A DNA stretch of 64,000 bases from Eledone cirrhosa (taxonomy: Eukaryota). Numbering within the stretch: position 1 is the first letter of the stretch; each line of letters starts with the position of its first letter. Location: contig OZ024743.1 in assembly GCA_964016885.1 (NCBI GenBank), positions 294,562,001 through 294,626,000 on the forward strand, in the 5' to 3' direction. Position numbers and translations under genes: made by a program. This document shows, one piece after another, positions 12,401 to 33,967 of the stretch. The notes under the pieces were generated by a model. That model worked only from the letters and a program-made list of their open reading frames with translations, searched no databases and had not been told where the DNA came from.

Positions 12401-12830
12401 AGGGGATTTCATCTTTTATCTGCTTCAGCAGGTAGAGCCCAACCAAGTCCGTTCCCTGTGCTGAGTCGCTGGAGCCCATCGTGATGTCAAAGTTATTTGG
12501 CCAATCACTCCTGGTCCAAAGGTCTCCATCGAAACGGATTAAGGTCTTTCTTGCGGCGGGGATGATGCTCACCTACTCTCGGGTTAGGTCCGTATTGGAC
12601 ATCGCTAAAAATAGGACCTTATTAAGTACTATGGGTGAGATTGAGGAGTAGTAGCTTGCGATGTGCAGTTGTATAAAGCTGGTCCTAATTTTCTCATGCA
12701 GTATTTTAAACCATTCTATTACTTCTCCCGTGCATGACCATTGCTGTAATTTAGTCTTCTTCCGAAGCTTGGGCAAAATCCTATCCAGTATTCTTTTACT
12801 GACGAACCCTAGGTCAGATCTAGAGGGGGC
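9478..12830 (-). mobile_element. PLE, YRDDA type; left arm of the giant inverted repeat; degraded ORF ~12827-10768
   Basis: QQWSCTGEVIEWF, FDITMGSSDSAQGTDLVG, AGLYRDDA, VTWYNPPYS, CNCRN..YPLSNECLKKNLVYGC..FYIGATSTSFKDRWYNH, CICKLCLNE. Confidence 0.92.
9522..9576 (-). ncRNA. Type I hammerhead ribozyme in the pLTR of the left arm
   Basis: Minus strand: ACTGC-CTGAAGA-..CAGCC-AAAGAT-GGCTG..-GAAA-TATATA-TA^GCAGT. The right-arm copy (15810-15864) has GAAA changed to GTAA. Confidence 0.78.
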
Positions 12831-15800
12831 GCCAAATAACTTTGACATCACGTTGGGCTCCAGCGACTCAGCACATGGAACGGACCTGGTTGGGTTCTAC
12901 CTGCTGAAGCAGATAAAATATTTATCCCCTGCCTGGGCGCCGAATTATACCGTGACGATGCTCTATTCACAGTATATGACCACAGCACCAATATGTTGGA
13001 GGGAATGAGGAAACGTATTCGCCATTTCTTTAAGAACCAGGGGCTCAGTATAGAAATAGACCCAAATAGGAAGGTAGTTAACTTCCTAGACACCACCCTA
13101 AACCTGAACACCGAACAATACTACCCCTACCACAAGCCCAACGAGAAACTCGTATATGTTAACGCCAAATCAAACCACACTAGATCCATAACCAAGGCAG
13201 TGGTGAAGAGTGTCTCGGACAGGATCTCCAGCCTGTCCGCAAGTAATGAAATATTCAATAACCACGCGGAATATTACAACACAGCTCTAAAGAAGGCGGC
13301 ACATGGCCAAAATATAACATATAGTCCGAAACGCCGGGATGGGGATAACCCAACAGACACCCACACCCGCGTTGCCGGGGGGAGGGCGAACCCTAACAAT
13401 ACAGGCAGAGCAGAAACAATTAGGCCCCATGTGATCGACACCACCACACGGGCGATGGTGACTAGTACGCTTAACCATGAGATGAAACACAATATGAGTA
13501 ACAGTCTCAGGGGTGACGGTAACCACCCCAAGACCGACGACCCCAACCGCAGGACACGTCCGGGGGGGGGACAGGGGGCCACCCCACGATAGATATCCCA
13601 GCGCGGGCAACGACCACCCCACAGATTCCGGCCGTGAATATAACAAAAAACATAGCGCCCAAAGTGGAAACAACAGTGCGGAAACCACCAGCAACCCAAC
13701 AAATCTCCAACAAATCACGACGCCCCGGACCGACACAGATAGGAGGAGACATAGAAAAATAACGTGGTACAACCCACTCTACTCAGCGGCCCTAAAGAAC
13801 AGCTTGGCCCGATCATTCTTTGGAGCACTTGATAAATGCTACCCGAGGGAGCACAGATACCACAGGATCTTCAACAGACACACTGTGAAGTTCTCGTATT
13901 CCACCACGAGAAATATGGCCCAACACATAGCTAGCATCAACAGGAGTAGGCTTAAAAACCACACACAACCAGAAGATGGCAATACAAGCACTCAGCAGAA
14001 CCATATGAAAGGAGGGAAGGGGGGACCCAGAGCCCACCCAAGAAACCCAAACATACCCGGGGGACCCCCCCCCCCACCGTGCCTGGGGTAATACCTACAT
14101 GTAACACATAGCGGGAACCCTAATCTATGCACGCAGAGGTCGACCTCGCTCTGCAACTGCAGAGACCCCGAATCATGCCCCCTTGGTAATGAATGCCTCA
14201 AGAAGAACCTAGTATACGGTTGTAGGGTTAAAACCCCCAACTCTGAACACCTCTACATAGGAGCCACATCAATGAGCTTAAAAGACCACTGGTACAACCA
14301 TCGCCATTCATTCAATAAGGAGGCCAAAAGGAAATGCACGGCTCTCTCCAACCTGATCTGGAAGCTTAAGCTGGACAGGACACCGTTCTCTCTGGCCTGT
14401 ACATAATCAGGTAAGTACGACCCGATAAAGGGGTATCTTGCATTTGCAAACTATGCCTGAACGAGACCCTCGAGATACTAAGAGGTGGAAGCGGCCTGAT
14501 AAACCTCAGTACCGACTTCTTCGGGACATGCAGAAACCTTAGAGCTGGGACCTTCCTCAAGATATATGGACAGTTGCAACACAAGATGATGTGAACTCCC
14601 CTCAAGCTATATGGACTTCTACAGAACATGTAAACACCTCTCAGCCAGACCTCCCTCAAGCTATATGGTCAGTAACAACACCCTAGGTTGTGAACGCCCT
14701 TCAAGCCATAAGGAGCAACCCAGGCTGAGCAGACACCATGATAGACTACAGATTGAATCGGACACAGCCATAATATTTTGGCCAACATCTATATAATACA
14801 AACACATTTTAATTTACTTGATTTCTGATTTTCAAGTCCCAATTTTAAATCTTGATTTCTCTTTATTAATTTGTTATTTGTTTTCTGCCCTCTTCACTGT
14901 ATCACCTTATATTTATTTTTAAGTTGAGATTGATTATAACACAAACACATTTTGTTTGATTATCTTATTTTAACATCTTGTCCTCATACCAGTCTATCCA
15001 ACATATTTCTGACCTTGAGGTTGGTTATAGCACACACACACACTTTATCCTACTTTATTTGAATCTTCATTTTATTTTTCACTTCTCCAAATTCATTTTC
15101 ATTACTTTTTCACAAATTTTTCATTTATTCTTTATTCTTTATTTTCTATTTATTATTTATTTTCAAATTATACAAATTATATTATTTATTTTCTGTTTTC
15201 TTCATTTATTGCCTTATATTTCTTCATATATATGGAAGAACCCCCCCACCACCACCACACATACACACAAACCACCCCCACCCCCACAACCATGAGAGAT
15301 GGTGGCAGGAGGGATGAAGAAAAAACACACACAGATACTTCTAAATTGTCAGCAGCAGCAAGACATAAGCTGACCACAACACCAACAACACTACCAAAAT
15401 AATGGTAGAGGTCAAATGTACTTAACAATAGCAAACACATACACTACAGGGAGCCTCACCCCAGAAAGAATTCTATAGACGTCTGACTGAGGAATGCTCT
15501 CAGAACTGACCAATGGGAAGTTTGACACTTTTTGGGTTATTTTGTTCCTTTAACTCCTTGTCCCTTCTACCACTTTATCAATTGTTTAAGTTAACGCCAA
15601 CAATAACAACACTTAGAATGAGGAATGTTCTAACAACTGACCAATGAGAGGAGAAGAGGCCCGTTGACACTGGAATTCGTTTGTTTGAATTCATATGATT
15701 CCAGTTCCTCAGTGAAATAATAACCCAACCAGGAACTGGGCATATCAGAGTATTGACAAAATTATACACCTCAACAACATATGTACTTGTCTATACCACA

Positions 15801-16005
15801 CTAAATCGGACTGCCTGAAGAGGTCACAGCCAAAGATGGCTGTAACTGTAATATATATAGCAGTAATAAACGAAGCTAAATTTTAAACATTTGACTTTTT
15901 ATTTAATTTTATTATACATTACTCCGGGGTAACCTAACCAACCTGCGCACTTCGCCGAGTGCTCCAGCCTGCATACTGTGGTTTTGGTATACAACCAACA
16001 TATAC
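12831..16005 (+). mobile_element. Same PLE, right arm of the giant inverted repeat; degraded ORF ~12831-14575
   Basis: Reverse complement of ~9478-12500. Starts at GCCAAATAACTTTGACATC (NNFDIT) and carries its own independent frameshifts. Confidence 0.92.
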
Positions 16006-16038
16006 TCAAAATCTATCTCTCTTTCTATATATGTATAT

Positions 16039-19000
16039 AGTAATAATAATAAATTTGAAGACTAAAATCCAAAGAAGTCTCGATAAGGATAAATATATAT
16101 CAAATATATAAGAACCCTAGAGCAAATATTTATTAAAATAACAGTTTAAAGTTTAACCAAAGAATCGTTGCTTTCACCCTTAACGAGATATTCTGAAACT
16201 ACAAAAAACAATCTGTGAACGCAGAAGGAAATATTTCGAAAAACATTTCAACCGAAGGAAAACAGGAACATGATACTTTCGTTTGTGAAAACATCCCTGA
16301 AGGGAAAAAAGCGAAGATAATACGTTGTTATGTGGAGCGAGAAAGAGAATAATTACACGCAAAGACAAAACCACAGTCGTAGACTAATATTCAATTTAGG
16401 AAACCGAATGATTCTCGGCTTCAGAGTTAAGAATAATGTAAATAAATTAGTAGAACGAAAATGACAGAGGTTATTAAAATAAACAATAATTAAATATATA
16501 CTTACACGCATCCACACGTACATACACATGCATACGCAAAAAACACCCGCCATGCATGCATATACAAGCATGTACACATAAACATGCGCACACATACATA
16601 AACCCACTCGACACCTGTGCCCGCACACATACGACCGTATACACCAAATAAACATGAAAAAAAGAATACATATATATATGTGTGTGTGTCTGTATATACA
16701 TATAATTATATAAACGTATATAACTATACACACATAAATACGTATATAACGCACGCACACACACACATGCCTACGTGTAAATACACATATGTTCACTAAA
16801 CGTACGTCAACCAAAACACAAAGTACAAATATACACACCTTACATTCGCTCAAACACGCATACACACACAAACACAAAATACACATATACACATAACCAT
16901 ATACACCAACGCAACCTTTTAAGGAACGAGTCCATGTTTTCTGTATCGGGACTCTATTTGGATTAAACAATCTAATAGTACCCCATTCGACGTGAGTATG
17001 GGGGTCAGTGATTCGGCGGAGGTTACTGATCTTACCGGCCTTTTCCTTCTTTTCTGTATCAAGGAAGAATTCCCCAATGTGGGCGGTGGTTTGTACCGTG
17101 ATGACGGTCTTTTGGCCATGACAAAGTGCGGTCCACGCGCTTGCAACATGTTCAGAAAAGAACTCACAGCCTTCTTTAAAGGTTTCAACCCCTGCATACA
17201 GGTTGAGGCCAACCTCTCGGTCATTAATTACCTCGACGTTACCCTCAATTTGTCGAATGGCCTGTACAACCCGTTTAGAAAGCCGAATGATACGTTTAAT
17301 TAGATAAGTAAGCATTCTAACCATCCTGCCAGCATAACCAAGAACCTGGTAAGAAACATTTCTTTGAGGTTTTCCCGTCTATCTACAAACCAGCATATTT
17401 TCACCGACCATTCCACATATTACAATGAAGCTCTGGCTCGGAGTGGATTTGTCGGTAAGGTAGCATGTACAGAGTACAAGAATAGACCTAGAAGAAATAG
17501 ATCCCGGCGCATTATATGGTATAACCCACCATATAATATGGAGGTGGCCACACCATTGGCTAAGATCTTTCTTTCCCTTATTAAGAAGCATTTCCTCTCA
17601 GCACATAAATATAATAACATTTTTAATAGAAATACCATTAAAATATATTACTCTACGACTCCTAACCTTGCACTGAACATGACTGCTTCAAATTTAGCTA
17701 AATTACCTAGCCGTAGGAATACGTGCAATCCTGTAGCTAGTATTGTAGGAATCGGGTTGACTGCCCTCTATTCGGGAAATGCCTCTCCAGTAACATTGTC
17801 TACAAATGTAAGATCGAAACACCCACGTCCAGTAGGGCCTACATATGGTTAACCGCACACCTATTCTTTACTTAACCCTTTAAGAAGGAGCATGACGTCA
17901 CTTTCAGCTTATATCTGGGGTCTAAAAGACAACAACACCCAATATAGGTTACATTGGCAGATGCTAGCTAAAGCTAGATCGTATAACGGAAATAAAAGTC
18001 CATGCGATCTCTGCGTAACTGAAGCCTTGGAAATACTCTACGCCAATGACCACATCTTAAACAAAAAATCTGAGGCAATTTCGGCTTGTAAACATAAATT
18101 GTATAAAACTTTCCTGTATTACAGCCCCACATTATACCCTAATGGACAGTACGAAAATACGCGGATAATTTACGTCTTGATGTGGTAGCTAAATTTATTT
18201 TCTTTATACCATTACTTATTTGTATAGGTAAGTATACCTTACCCGTATGTTTTGTGAAGGTACGTATACTTTCTCGTAGAGTATATTTGCTTGCATTTGT
18301 TATAGGTGTATATATGATATATATACTGGTACATGTGTATATGGTTATGCGTATATGTGTATTTGGTGTTTGTGTGTTTATGCGTGTTTGCACGTATGTA
18401 AGGTGTGTATATGTGAACTTTGTGTTTTGGTTGACGTAGTTTAGTGAACATATGTATATTTACCCGTAGTATGTGTGTGCGTGCGTTATATATGTATTTA
18501 TGTGTGTATAGCTATATACGTTTATATAATTATATGTATATATATATACACACACATATATATATCTTTTTCATGTGTATTTCGTGTATACGGTTGTATA
18601 TGTGCGGGTATTGGTGTCACGCGGGTTTATGTGTACGTGCTTGTATATGCAAGCATGGCGGGTGTTTTCGCGTATGCATGTGTATGTACGTATATGGATG
18701 CGTGTATGTGTATATTTAATTATTGTTGATTTTAATAACCTCTGTCATTTTCGTTCTACTAATTTATTTACATTATTCTTAACTCTGAAGCCGAGAATCA
18801 TTCGGTTTCCTAAATCGAATATTAGTCTACGACTTCATTTATACCATAAACGTGGTTTTGTTTTTGTGTGTAATTCTCAACGCTCCACATAACGACGTAT
18901 TATCTTCGCTTTTTTTCCTTCATTACCAGAGAACGTCTTCACAAACGAAAGTATCATGTTCCTGTTTTCCCTCGGTTGCAACGTTTTTCGAAATATTTAC

Positions 19001-19095
19001 TTCTGCGTTCACAGATTGATTTTTTTAGTTTTAGAAGATCCCGTTAAGGGTGAAATCAGCGATTATTTGCTTCAACTTTAATCTGTTATCTTAAT
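16039..19095 (+). mobile_element. PLE, YRDDG type (family C): degraded RT-EN at ~16919-18130, 3' pLTR to ~19095, inverted 3' copy at 16039-16918
   Basis: PFDVSMGVSDSAEVTDLTG, GGLYRDDG, INYLDVTLNL, IIWYNPPYN, TSLSAYIWGLK..W..LAKARSY..CDLCVTE. 16141-16900 mirrors 18340-19090. Confidence 0.9.
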
Positions 19096-19233
19096 ATATA
19101 TATATAGATATATATATAAAAGTATGCATGTATACTAAGAGTGAGAAATGAAATTTCGTTTTCATTTTGTTTCGATATATATATATATATATATGGTGTA
19201 GAGTTTACAATACAATGGGAAGAAACATAATAG

Positions 19234-19277
19234 TACCACTGATGATTTCGCAGATGTGCGAAGAAAGAACTCTGATA
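19234..19277 (+). ncRNA. Minimal hammerhead in a PLE 3' fragment (~19195-19465)
   Basis: TACCA-CTGATGA-T-TTCGCA-GATG-TGCGAA-GAAA-G-AA-C-TC^TGATA. Related to the 700-1580 and 22750-23595 elements (shared ATGACCCTCCC). Confidence 0.65.
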
Positions 19278-19645
19278 GACTATATATATATATATTTCTG
19301 CATGTATTTTTAACCGTTGGTCAATCAATGATAAACATTGATTGCCAAATAAATTAACTATGGAGATATAAAAGATACAGCAGCGAAAACCGACCCAAAC
19401 CAAACATTGAATGTGTTCTGTTAATTTATTTCTGGCAATATAATAACATTATGACCCTCCCCTGTGCGGATAATGGTTTAAGCATCGTCTCAGTGTGTTT
19501 GGCCTTTTAACTTTTGTTGTTGCTCTAGTTCACTAGCTTCTATGGAGCGCTTGCCACACATCTCGGAAGTTGATTTTTGCTAATTTCCAATTGCCGAAAT
19601 ACGATTCTCGCTAATATATAATTTATATTTGTGTATATATATATT

Positions 19646-19704
<59 letters not shown>

Positions 19705-20084
19705 CGAAGGGAATGTGGTACGGAACCAGATGGACCATAACGCACCAAAGTACCGTCGAACGGCTTGAGATCAGCCGTCGGGGTCCTACTCGTTCCTATA
19801 TAGATATATATATATATACATGTGGCGGGGGGGGGGGTATGTGTGTGTGTGTTTATGTGCAGTTAATGTTCCATCAGTGTATGTATGCATCCATCTATTA
19901 GGTATTCCTCTTTGTATCTTGGAATCTGCCAACTAACTGTCTTTGAGTGTCCTTATATTCTCATGTAATTATCTCTTTTCTAACCATCTATCTGTTTCTC
20001 TCGACAGCTCTCTGTCTTTCCTTGTATCTATATATCTATATGACAGTCTACAGCTCTCAGTCTTTCCTTCCATCTACCTAACTA

Positions 20085-20201
<117 letters not shown>

Positions 20202-21512
20202 ATACATATATATTCATTTATACATCTCTCTCTCTATATACATATACATATGCGTGTGTGTGCTTGTGTGTGTATGTCTGTCTATGTACGTACTTACGTA
20301 CGATTATATGTATGCATACGCCTACCCATCTCTCAGACTATTCTGGTATGTTTGTCTAGCAGTAGGAATGGGGTCGTTTACGGAGTGGCAGTTATTTACT
20401 GTTATTTACTACCATAATTGATGTTGGTATACTGTTAAATGAGCCGTCATCTTTCAATGATGTTGATTAATGAAAGGACAATTCACTTGGCAATTATTAT
20501 AATTATACACTCACCATACGTAGATCGTTAGTATCCATTCATGTAACGTTAATCTTTATTTATTTGTTAAATTAATAGGCCCTTGACTGAGTGTCTGACT
20601 GTCTCCTTCGCTTTTTCTATGATTGCTTAATATATACGTTAGTTGTAAACAAACGTATTACGTAAATTATCTAACTACAGTTGCTACGAGCCAGTGAAAG
20701 CACCTCTTTTACATAACGGCACTTACATTCCCATAAAATGAAATAGATATACTGGTTACAATTTTCAAATAATTTAGAAAATAATCAAGAATTAGTAAGA
20801 TAATTAATTTTTTTCCATCATATGATATAACATCAGTATTTCTTAAAATAATTCATGTTTAAATCTAATCCTTTAGCTATGGTATTAAATATTTGAATAT
20901 ATCATTCTGTCTACAAGTATATAGTGTATATTCATGGTTTAATATACACAATTTTGAAATTGTATAATTTTAAGAACAATATGACAATCAGAGTAACTTA
21001 TAGAAAAATATCATATCTCTTGGCAACTTTTTAGTAATTTACTTTTTAACGATTTCCGTCTTTAAAGAGTTAAATCTCCTGTAATAATTTTAAGTAGGAA
21101 CTTTCATGTTTTACCATGTCCTCAACACCGGTATATTGATGACTATTATTTTACTAAATCACTCAAAACCTCTATTATTTCAAAAATTATAGTTTTTATT
21201 TCCTCCAGCATAGAGGAATGCTTTGTGTTAATAAACATCCCTTCTCAGATCAAAATGGTCGATATAGTTGGTGTTCTGCTTAAATGTGTTTTCTAATCGA
21301 CTGTGGAGTAAAATCCATGAGTAGAATAGAGTTCTAGAGGGTTGATAGTCAGGGCAGGAACGGCAAAGCGTAGTGAGTATTGTAGGGCTTGGGAGTGTTT
21401 AAAAAGAATACAGATGATAGGAGGATGGAATGAGGAGGGATCCACAAGTATGAAATTGTATCTAACATGGGAACCAGTTTTTCATGAGAAGCAGAGACCA
21501 TTGTTCTTTCAC

Positions 21513-21584
<72 letters not shown>

Positions 21585-22693
21585 AGTGCATCTGTGCTAA
21601 TTAAAAGCCATAGCAGTGTATTTAGTTATAAATATGACCATGAAAGAGTTAACTACTCTTTAAAGAGATGTTTGGTATATGATATTTCGCCTAGTAAAGC
21701 CCCTTTACAACCCTCTGTTCTAACCAGGAAGCAAAATTCGAGTTTTAGTTTTTTCGTTGGTTCTTCTTCTTCTTCTTCTTCTTCTTCTTCTTCTTCTTCT
21801 TCTTCTTCTTCCATACAAACAGGCAAGATGGTTGAAGCAAAGACCTCAAACACACCTTCCAGCGAGTTCTTCCAAAGCAACAATCCAGTTGATCTGGTTG
21901 GATACTCTAGCGAGACAAGCAGGGCTCATGGGTGTTATCCAACCATCTTGCTCGGGGTTTAGGATTGGGTTTCTCGCTGGCTGGTGTAGCCCGTAAAATA
22001 TATGCAGCGATTCATTGCTAGGACATTCTGATCACATGCCCGTAGTTTCGGAGCTGTGATCCCTCAATTCAGAGACATAAGGGCTCTTACTTTAGCGATT
22101 CCCTGATCGCCACGTTACGCACTCTATCGAATAATGTAACTTTAAAAATCACATTCTTTCGGTTATAACGCATGATTCATGAAATTATAAACTTTAAAGT
22201 GAATATTTTCTCTAAAAACCTAGTTAGTGATTTGTTATCAATCTTAATACCCAAATTTACAGAGAAATACAACAAATTAATAGAGTCATTAACGCATTCA
22301 GTCTTCGGGTACCGTGATAATGTACGAAACTTTGGAAATGTGTCAAGGTGTTTTACACACTTAAAGTATGATCAGCATGAATATGTCGGCGATTCTCATC
22401 TAATCATTTCATGGTGTATCGTTTTTTGCTTGTTTTATTTTCTTTGTAGGGCAAATAAAATATACCGTTTAAAGCAAGATACAAATATATTAGTTGAAGT
22501 TTTCTCAGTGTGTATGTTCAGTAGTCGGAAACATACTGCATAATAACGTGTTGTCAATAAATTATGTTCATGTCAACTATGCCCAGCCATGTTGCAGTAG
22601 TAAATGACAGTATGAAAGACACGGAGACAAAGTTCAAAATAGTAAATCCTGAACATTTTTCCATGCAAGGTTTCTACATTGAACCACACACAC

Positions 22694-22749
<56 letters not shown>

Positions 22750-22755
<6 letters not shown>

Positions 22756-23595
22756 ATGCTTGGGGAGGGTCATATTTGTGTAATATTGCCAGAATTAATA
22801 ACAGAACACACTCACTGTTTGGTTGGTTTTCGCTTCACGCTTCTGTGTCTTTTATATCGGTAATCTAACTTACTCGGTCCTCAATGTTGCCATTGACTGA
22901 CCGACGGTCAAAAATAATACAGATACAATATAGACACAAACACATATATATAGTTTATCATAAATAGTGTTTTGTTAGACCAAGGCTAAACAGAGAGAAT
23001 GAATGGAATAACAACAACACTCAAACAAACAACACTGACCTAAGAGAAGTATAAATAAGTAAATAAAATAAAATAAATAAATAAATAAATACATACACAA
23101 GCACAATAACAACAAGCACACAAACACATACTAGTCACCCACCACACAGCAAACAAAACACTATACACACACGCAAACGCATGCGCAAAGAAGACAAAAT
23201 AAAATAAACAAACTAGCAAATAAATAAATAAATATATAGACAGACTGAATAAAAATGGCGTAGACATACAACACAACAGGAGGAAAATATAACACCACTG
23301 ACGTTGTTGCAGATGTGCAACGAAAGATTTATGATAAACTATATATATATGTTTGTGTCTATATTGTATCTGTATTATTTTTGACCGTCGGTCAGTCAAT
23401 GGAAACATTGAGGAGCGAGTAAGTTAGATTACCGATATAAAAGACAGCGAGAAGCGAAAACCAACTAAACAGTGACTGTGTTCTGTTATTAATTCTGGCA
23501 ATATTACACAAATATGACCCTCCCCAAGTATAACAATATTTGTTTCGACACACGATTTTATATAAAAAACCTCGCAAAATTAATTCATCGCCGCT
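22750..23595. mobile_element. PLE 3' end with inverted copy, degenerate hammerhead at ~23295-23336
   Basis: 22750-22962 mirrors 23330-23540. Contains CACTGACG-TTGTTGCAGATGTGCAACGAAAG and shares its terminus with 700-1580. Confidence 0.75.
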
Positions 23596-23679
23596 ATATA
23601 TATATATATATATACACTTCAAATAAGTTTCTATGTAATTACTATTATATATATATATATGTGTGTGTTTGTGTGTATA

Positions 23680-23807
<128 letters not shown>

Positions 23808-23857
23808 AGTATGTATGTATACGTACATACATATATGTATACAGACGTACAGGAGCA

Positions 23858-23903
<46 letters not shown>

Positions 23904-24052
23904 CAGGTACACATACATATATGTACGTATCAGTTTAGCAGACGTTTATTATAACGCCCGCTTTGTCCGTTTGTAAACAAGCGGACAGCCTGAATTTCTG
24001 CGTACGGTGTTAAGGCAACCCGTCACCTTTTTGTTCAACACTGACACAGGAA

Positions 24053-24093
24053 CGATGTACTAGTTTCAAGCTTCTTAGCTATCATCAGCACCG
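24053..24093 (-). ncRNA. Minimal hammerhead (450-bp family)
   Basis: Reverse complement of 25051-25091. The copy at 24739-24779 has GAAA changed to GAAG. Confidence 0.82.
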
Positions 24094-24350
24094 TATACCC
24101 TTCTGCCAGATGGTTGAACGTTCGAAAATATATACTTTCCTTATGAAAATTAACGGCTGAGCAGCCAAATTTGCATATCGAGTGAGTTCAGTCGGCCAGG
24201 CGCACCGAAAATGATAATTTGTAATAGAATGAAAACGAAATTTCATTTCTCACTCTTAGTACGGCACTTACTTAAATGTAAGTATGTATGTATACGTACA
24301 TACATATATGTATACGTACATACATATATGTATACAGACATACAGTAGCA

Positions 24351-24442
<92 letters not shown>

Positions 24443-25050
24443 CATACAGGTACACATACATATATGTACGTATCAGTTTGGCGGACGTTTATTATAACGC
24501 CCGCTTTGTCCGATTGTAAACAAGCGAAAAGATTGAATATATATATATACATACAGGTACACATGATTGAATATATATATATACATACAGGTACACATAC
24601 ATATATGTACGTATCAGTTTAGCGGACGTTTATTATAACGCCCGCTTTGTCCGATTGTAAACAAGCGAAAAGATTGAATTTATGCCGTACGGCGTTAAGG
24701 CAACCACGTCACCTTTTTGTTAAACACTGACACAGGAACGATGTACTAGCTTCAAGCTTCTTAGCTATCATCAGCACCGTATACCCTTCTGCCAGATGGT
24801 TGAACGTTCGAAATTATATACTTTCCTTATGAAAATTAACGGTATGTACGTATACATACATACTTACATTTAAGTAAGTGCCGTAATAAGAGTGAGAAAT
24901 GAAATTTCGTTTTCATTCTATTACAACTTATCGTTTTCGGTGCGCCTGGCCGACTGAACTCACTCGATATGCAAATTAGGCTGCTCAGCCGTTAATTTTC
25001 ATAAGGAAAGTATATACTTTCGAACGTCAACCATCTGGCAGAAGGGTATA

Positions 25051-25091
25051 CGGTGCTGATGATAGCTAAGAAGCTTGAAACTAGTACATCG
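25051..25091 (+). ncRNA. Minimal hammerhead (450-bp family)
   Basis: CGGTG-CTGATGA-T-AGCT-AAGA-AGCT-T-GAAA-CTAG-TA^CATCG, with a GUA triplet. Confidence 0.85.
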
Positions 25092-25378
25092 TTCCTGTGT
25101 CAGTGTTGAACAAAAAGGTGACGTGGTTGCCTTAACACCGTACGGCATAAATTCAGGCTGTCCGCTTGTTTACAAACGGACAATGCGGGCGTTATAATAA
25201 ACGTCCGCTAAACTGAAACGTACATATATGTATGTGTACCTGTATGTATATATATATATATGCATGCTACTGTACGTATGTATACATATATGTATGTACG
25301 TATACATACATACTTACATTTAAGTAAGTGCCGTACTAAGAGTGAGAAATGAAATTTCGTTTTCATTCTATTACAACT

Positions 25379-25410
<32 letters not shown>

Positions 25411-25438
25411 CATATATATATACACATAAATATATATG

Positions 25439-25533
<95 letters not shown>

Positions 25534-25660
25534 TTATATATATATATGTATATGAATATATATGTATGTATATATGTATATATATATATATGTTTATATA
25601 TATATATAGATGTATATATATATATATGTATATATATATAGATATATATATACACAAATA

Positions 25661-25710
<50 letters not shown>

Positions 25711-25728
25711 CATATATACACATAAATA

Positions 25729-25793
<65 letters not shown>

Positions 25794-25794
25794 A

Positions 25795-25837
<43 letters not shown>

Positions 25838-25982
25838 ATATGTATATATATATATGTTTATATATATATGTATATATATATATAGATGTATATATATATA
25901 TATATATATGAATATATATATATATATATATATGTATGTATATATGTATATATATTTATATATATACATATATATATATATG

Positions 25983-26067
<85 letters not shown>

Positions 26068-26255
26068 ATAAATTAACGGAGCCATAGACTCTCGCCATTC
26101 CCTGTAAATAATGTGCTGAAAGGAGAAGAAATCCTGAGCTCTTTAAAATACAATATGTTGAAAAGGTAACACACTAGAGATATACAGTGCGCTGTCAATA
26201 TGTTTTATTAATAGCGCACTGTATATCACTACTGTCTTACATTTTCAACATATTG

Positions 26256-26320
<65 letters not shown>

Positions 26321-26332
26321 AATATATCTATC

Positions 26333-26369
<37 letters not shown>

Positions 26370-26472
26370 GTGTATATATATATGTATATATATATATATA
26401 TAGATATGTATATATATATATATGTATATATATATGTATATATATATGTATATATATATGTATATATATATG

Positions 26473-26521
<49 letters not shown>

Positions 26522-26539
26522 ATATATATATGTGTGGGC

Positions 26540-33489
<6,950 letters not shown>

Positions 33490-33734
33490 ATATATGTATG
33501 TATATGTGTATATATGTATGTATATATGTATATATGTATGTATATATGTATATATATATCTGTATGTATATATGTATATACATATGTATATATATATATG
33601 TATTTATATATGTATATATATGTATGTATATATATATGTATGTATATATATATGTATGTATATATGTATATATATATGTCTATATATGTACGTATATATG
33701 TATATATATATGTATATATATGTGTATATATATG

Positions 33735-33817
<83 letters not shown>

Positions 33818-33912
33818 ACACATATATATACACACACCCACACAGAGACACACACATATATATATATATATATAATATATATATATACATATATATACAC
33901 ACATATATATAT

Positions 33913-33964
<52 letters not shown>

Positions 33965-33967
<3 letters not shown>

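Noticed and set aside
16353-17324. 323-aa minus-strand ORF
   Set aside because: It is antisense to the PLE RT and runs into a low-complexity TG-rich UTR.
21760-22000. (CTT)n tract followed by a GC-richer segment with a short inverted motif
   Set aside because: It could be a LINE tail, but no diagnostic feature supports a call.
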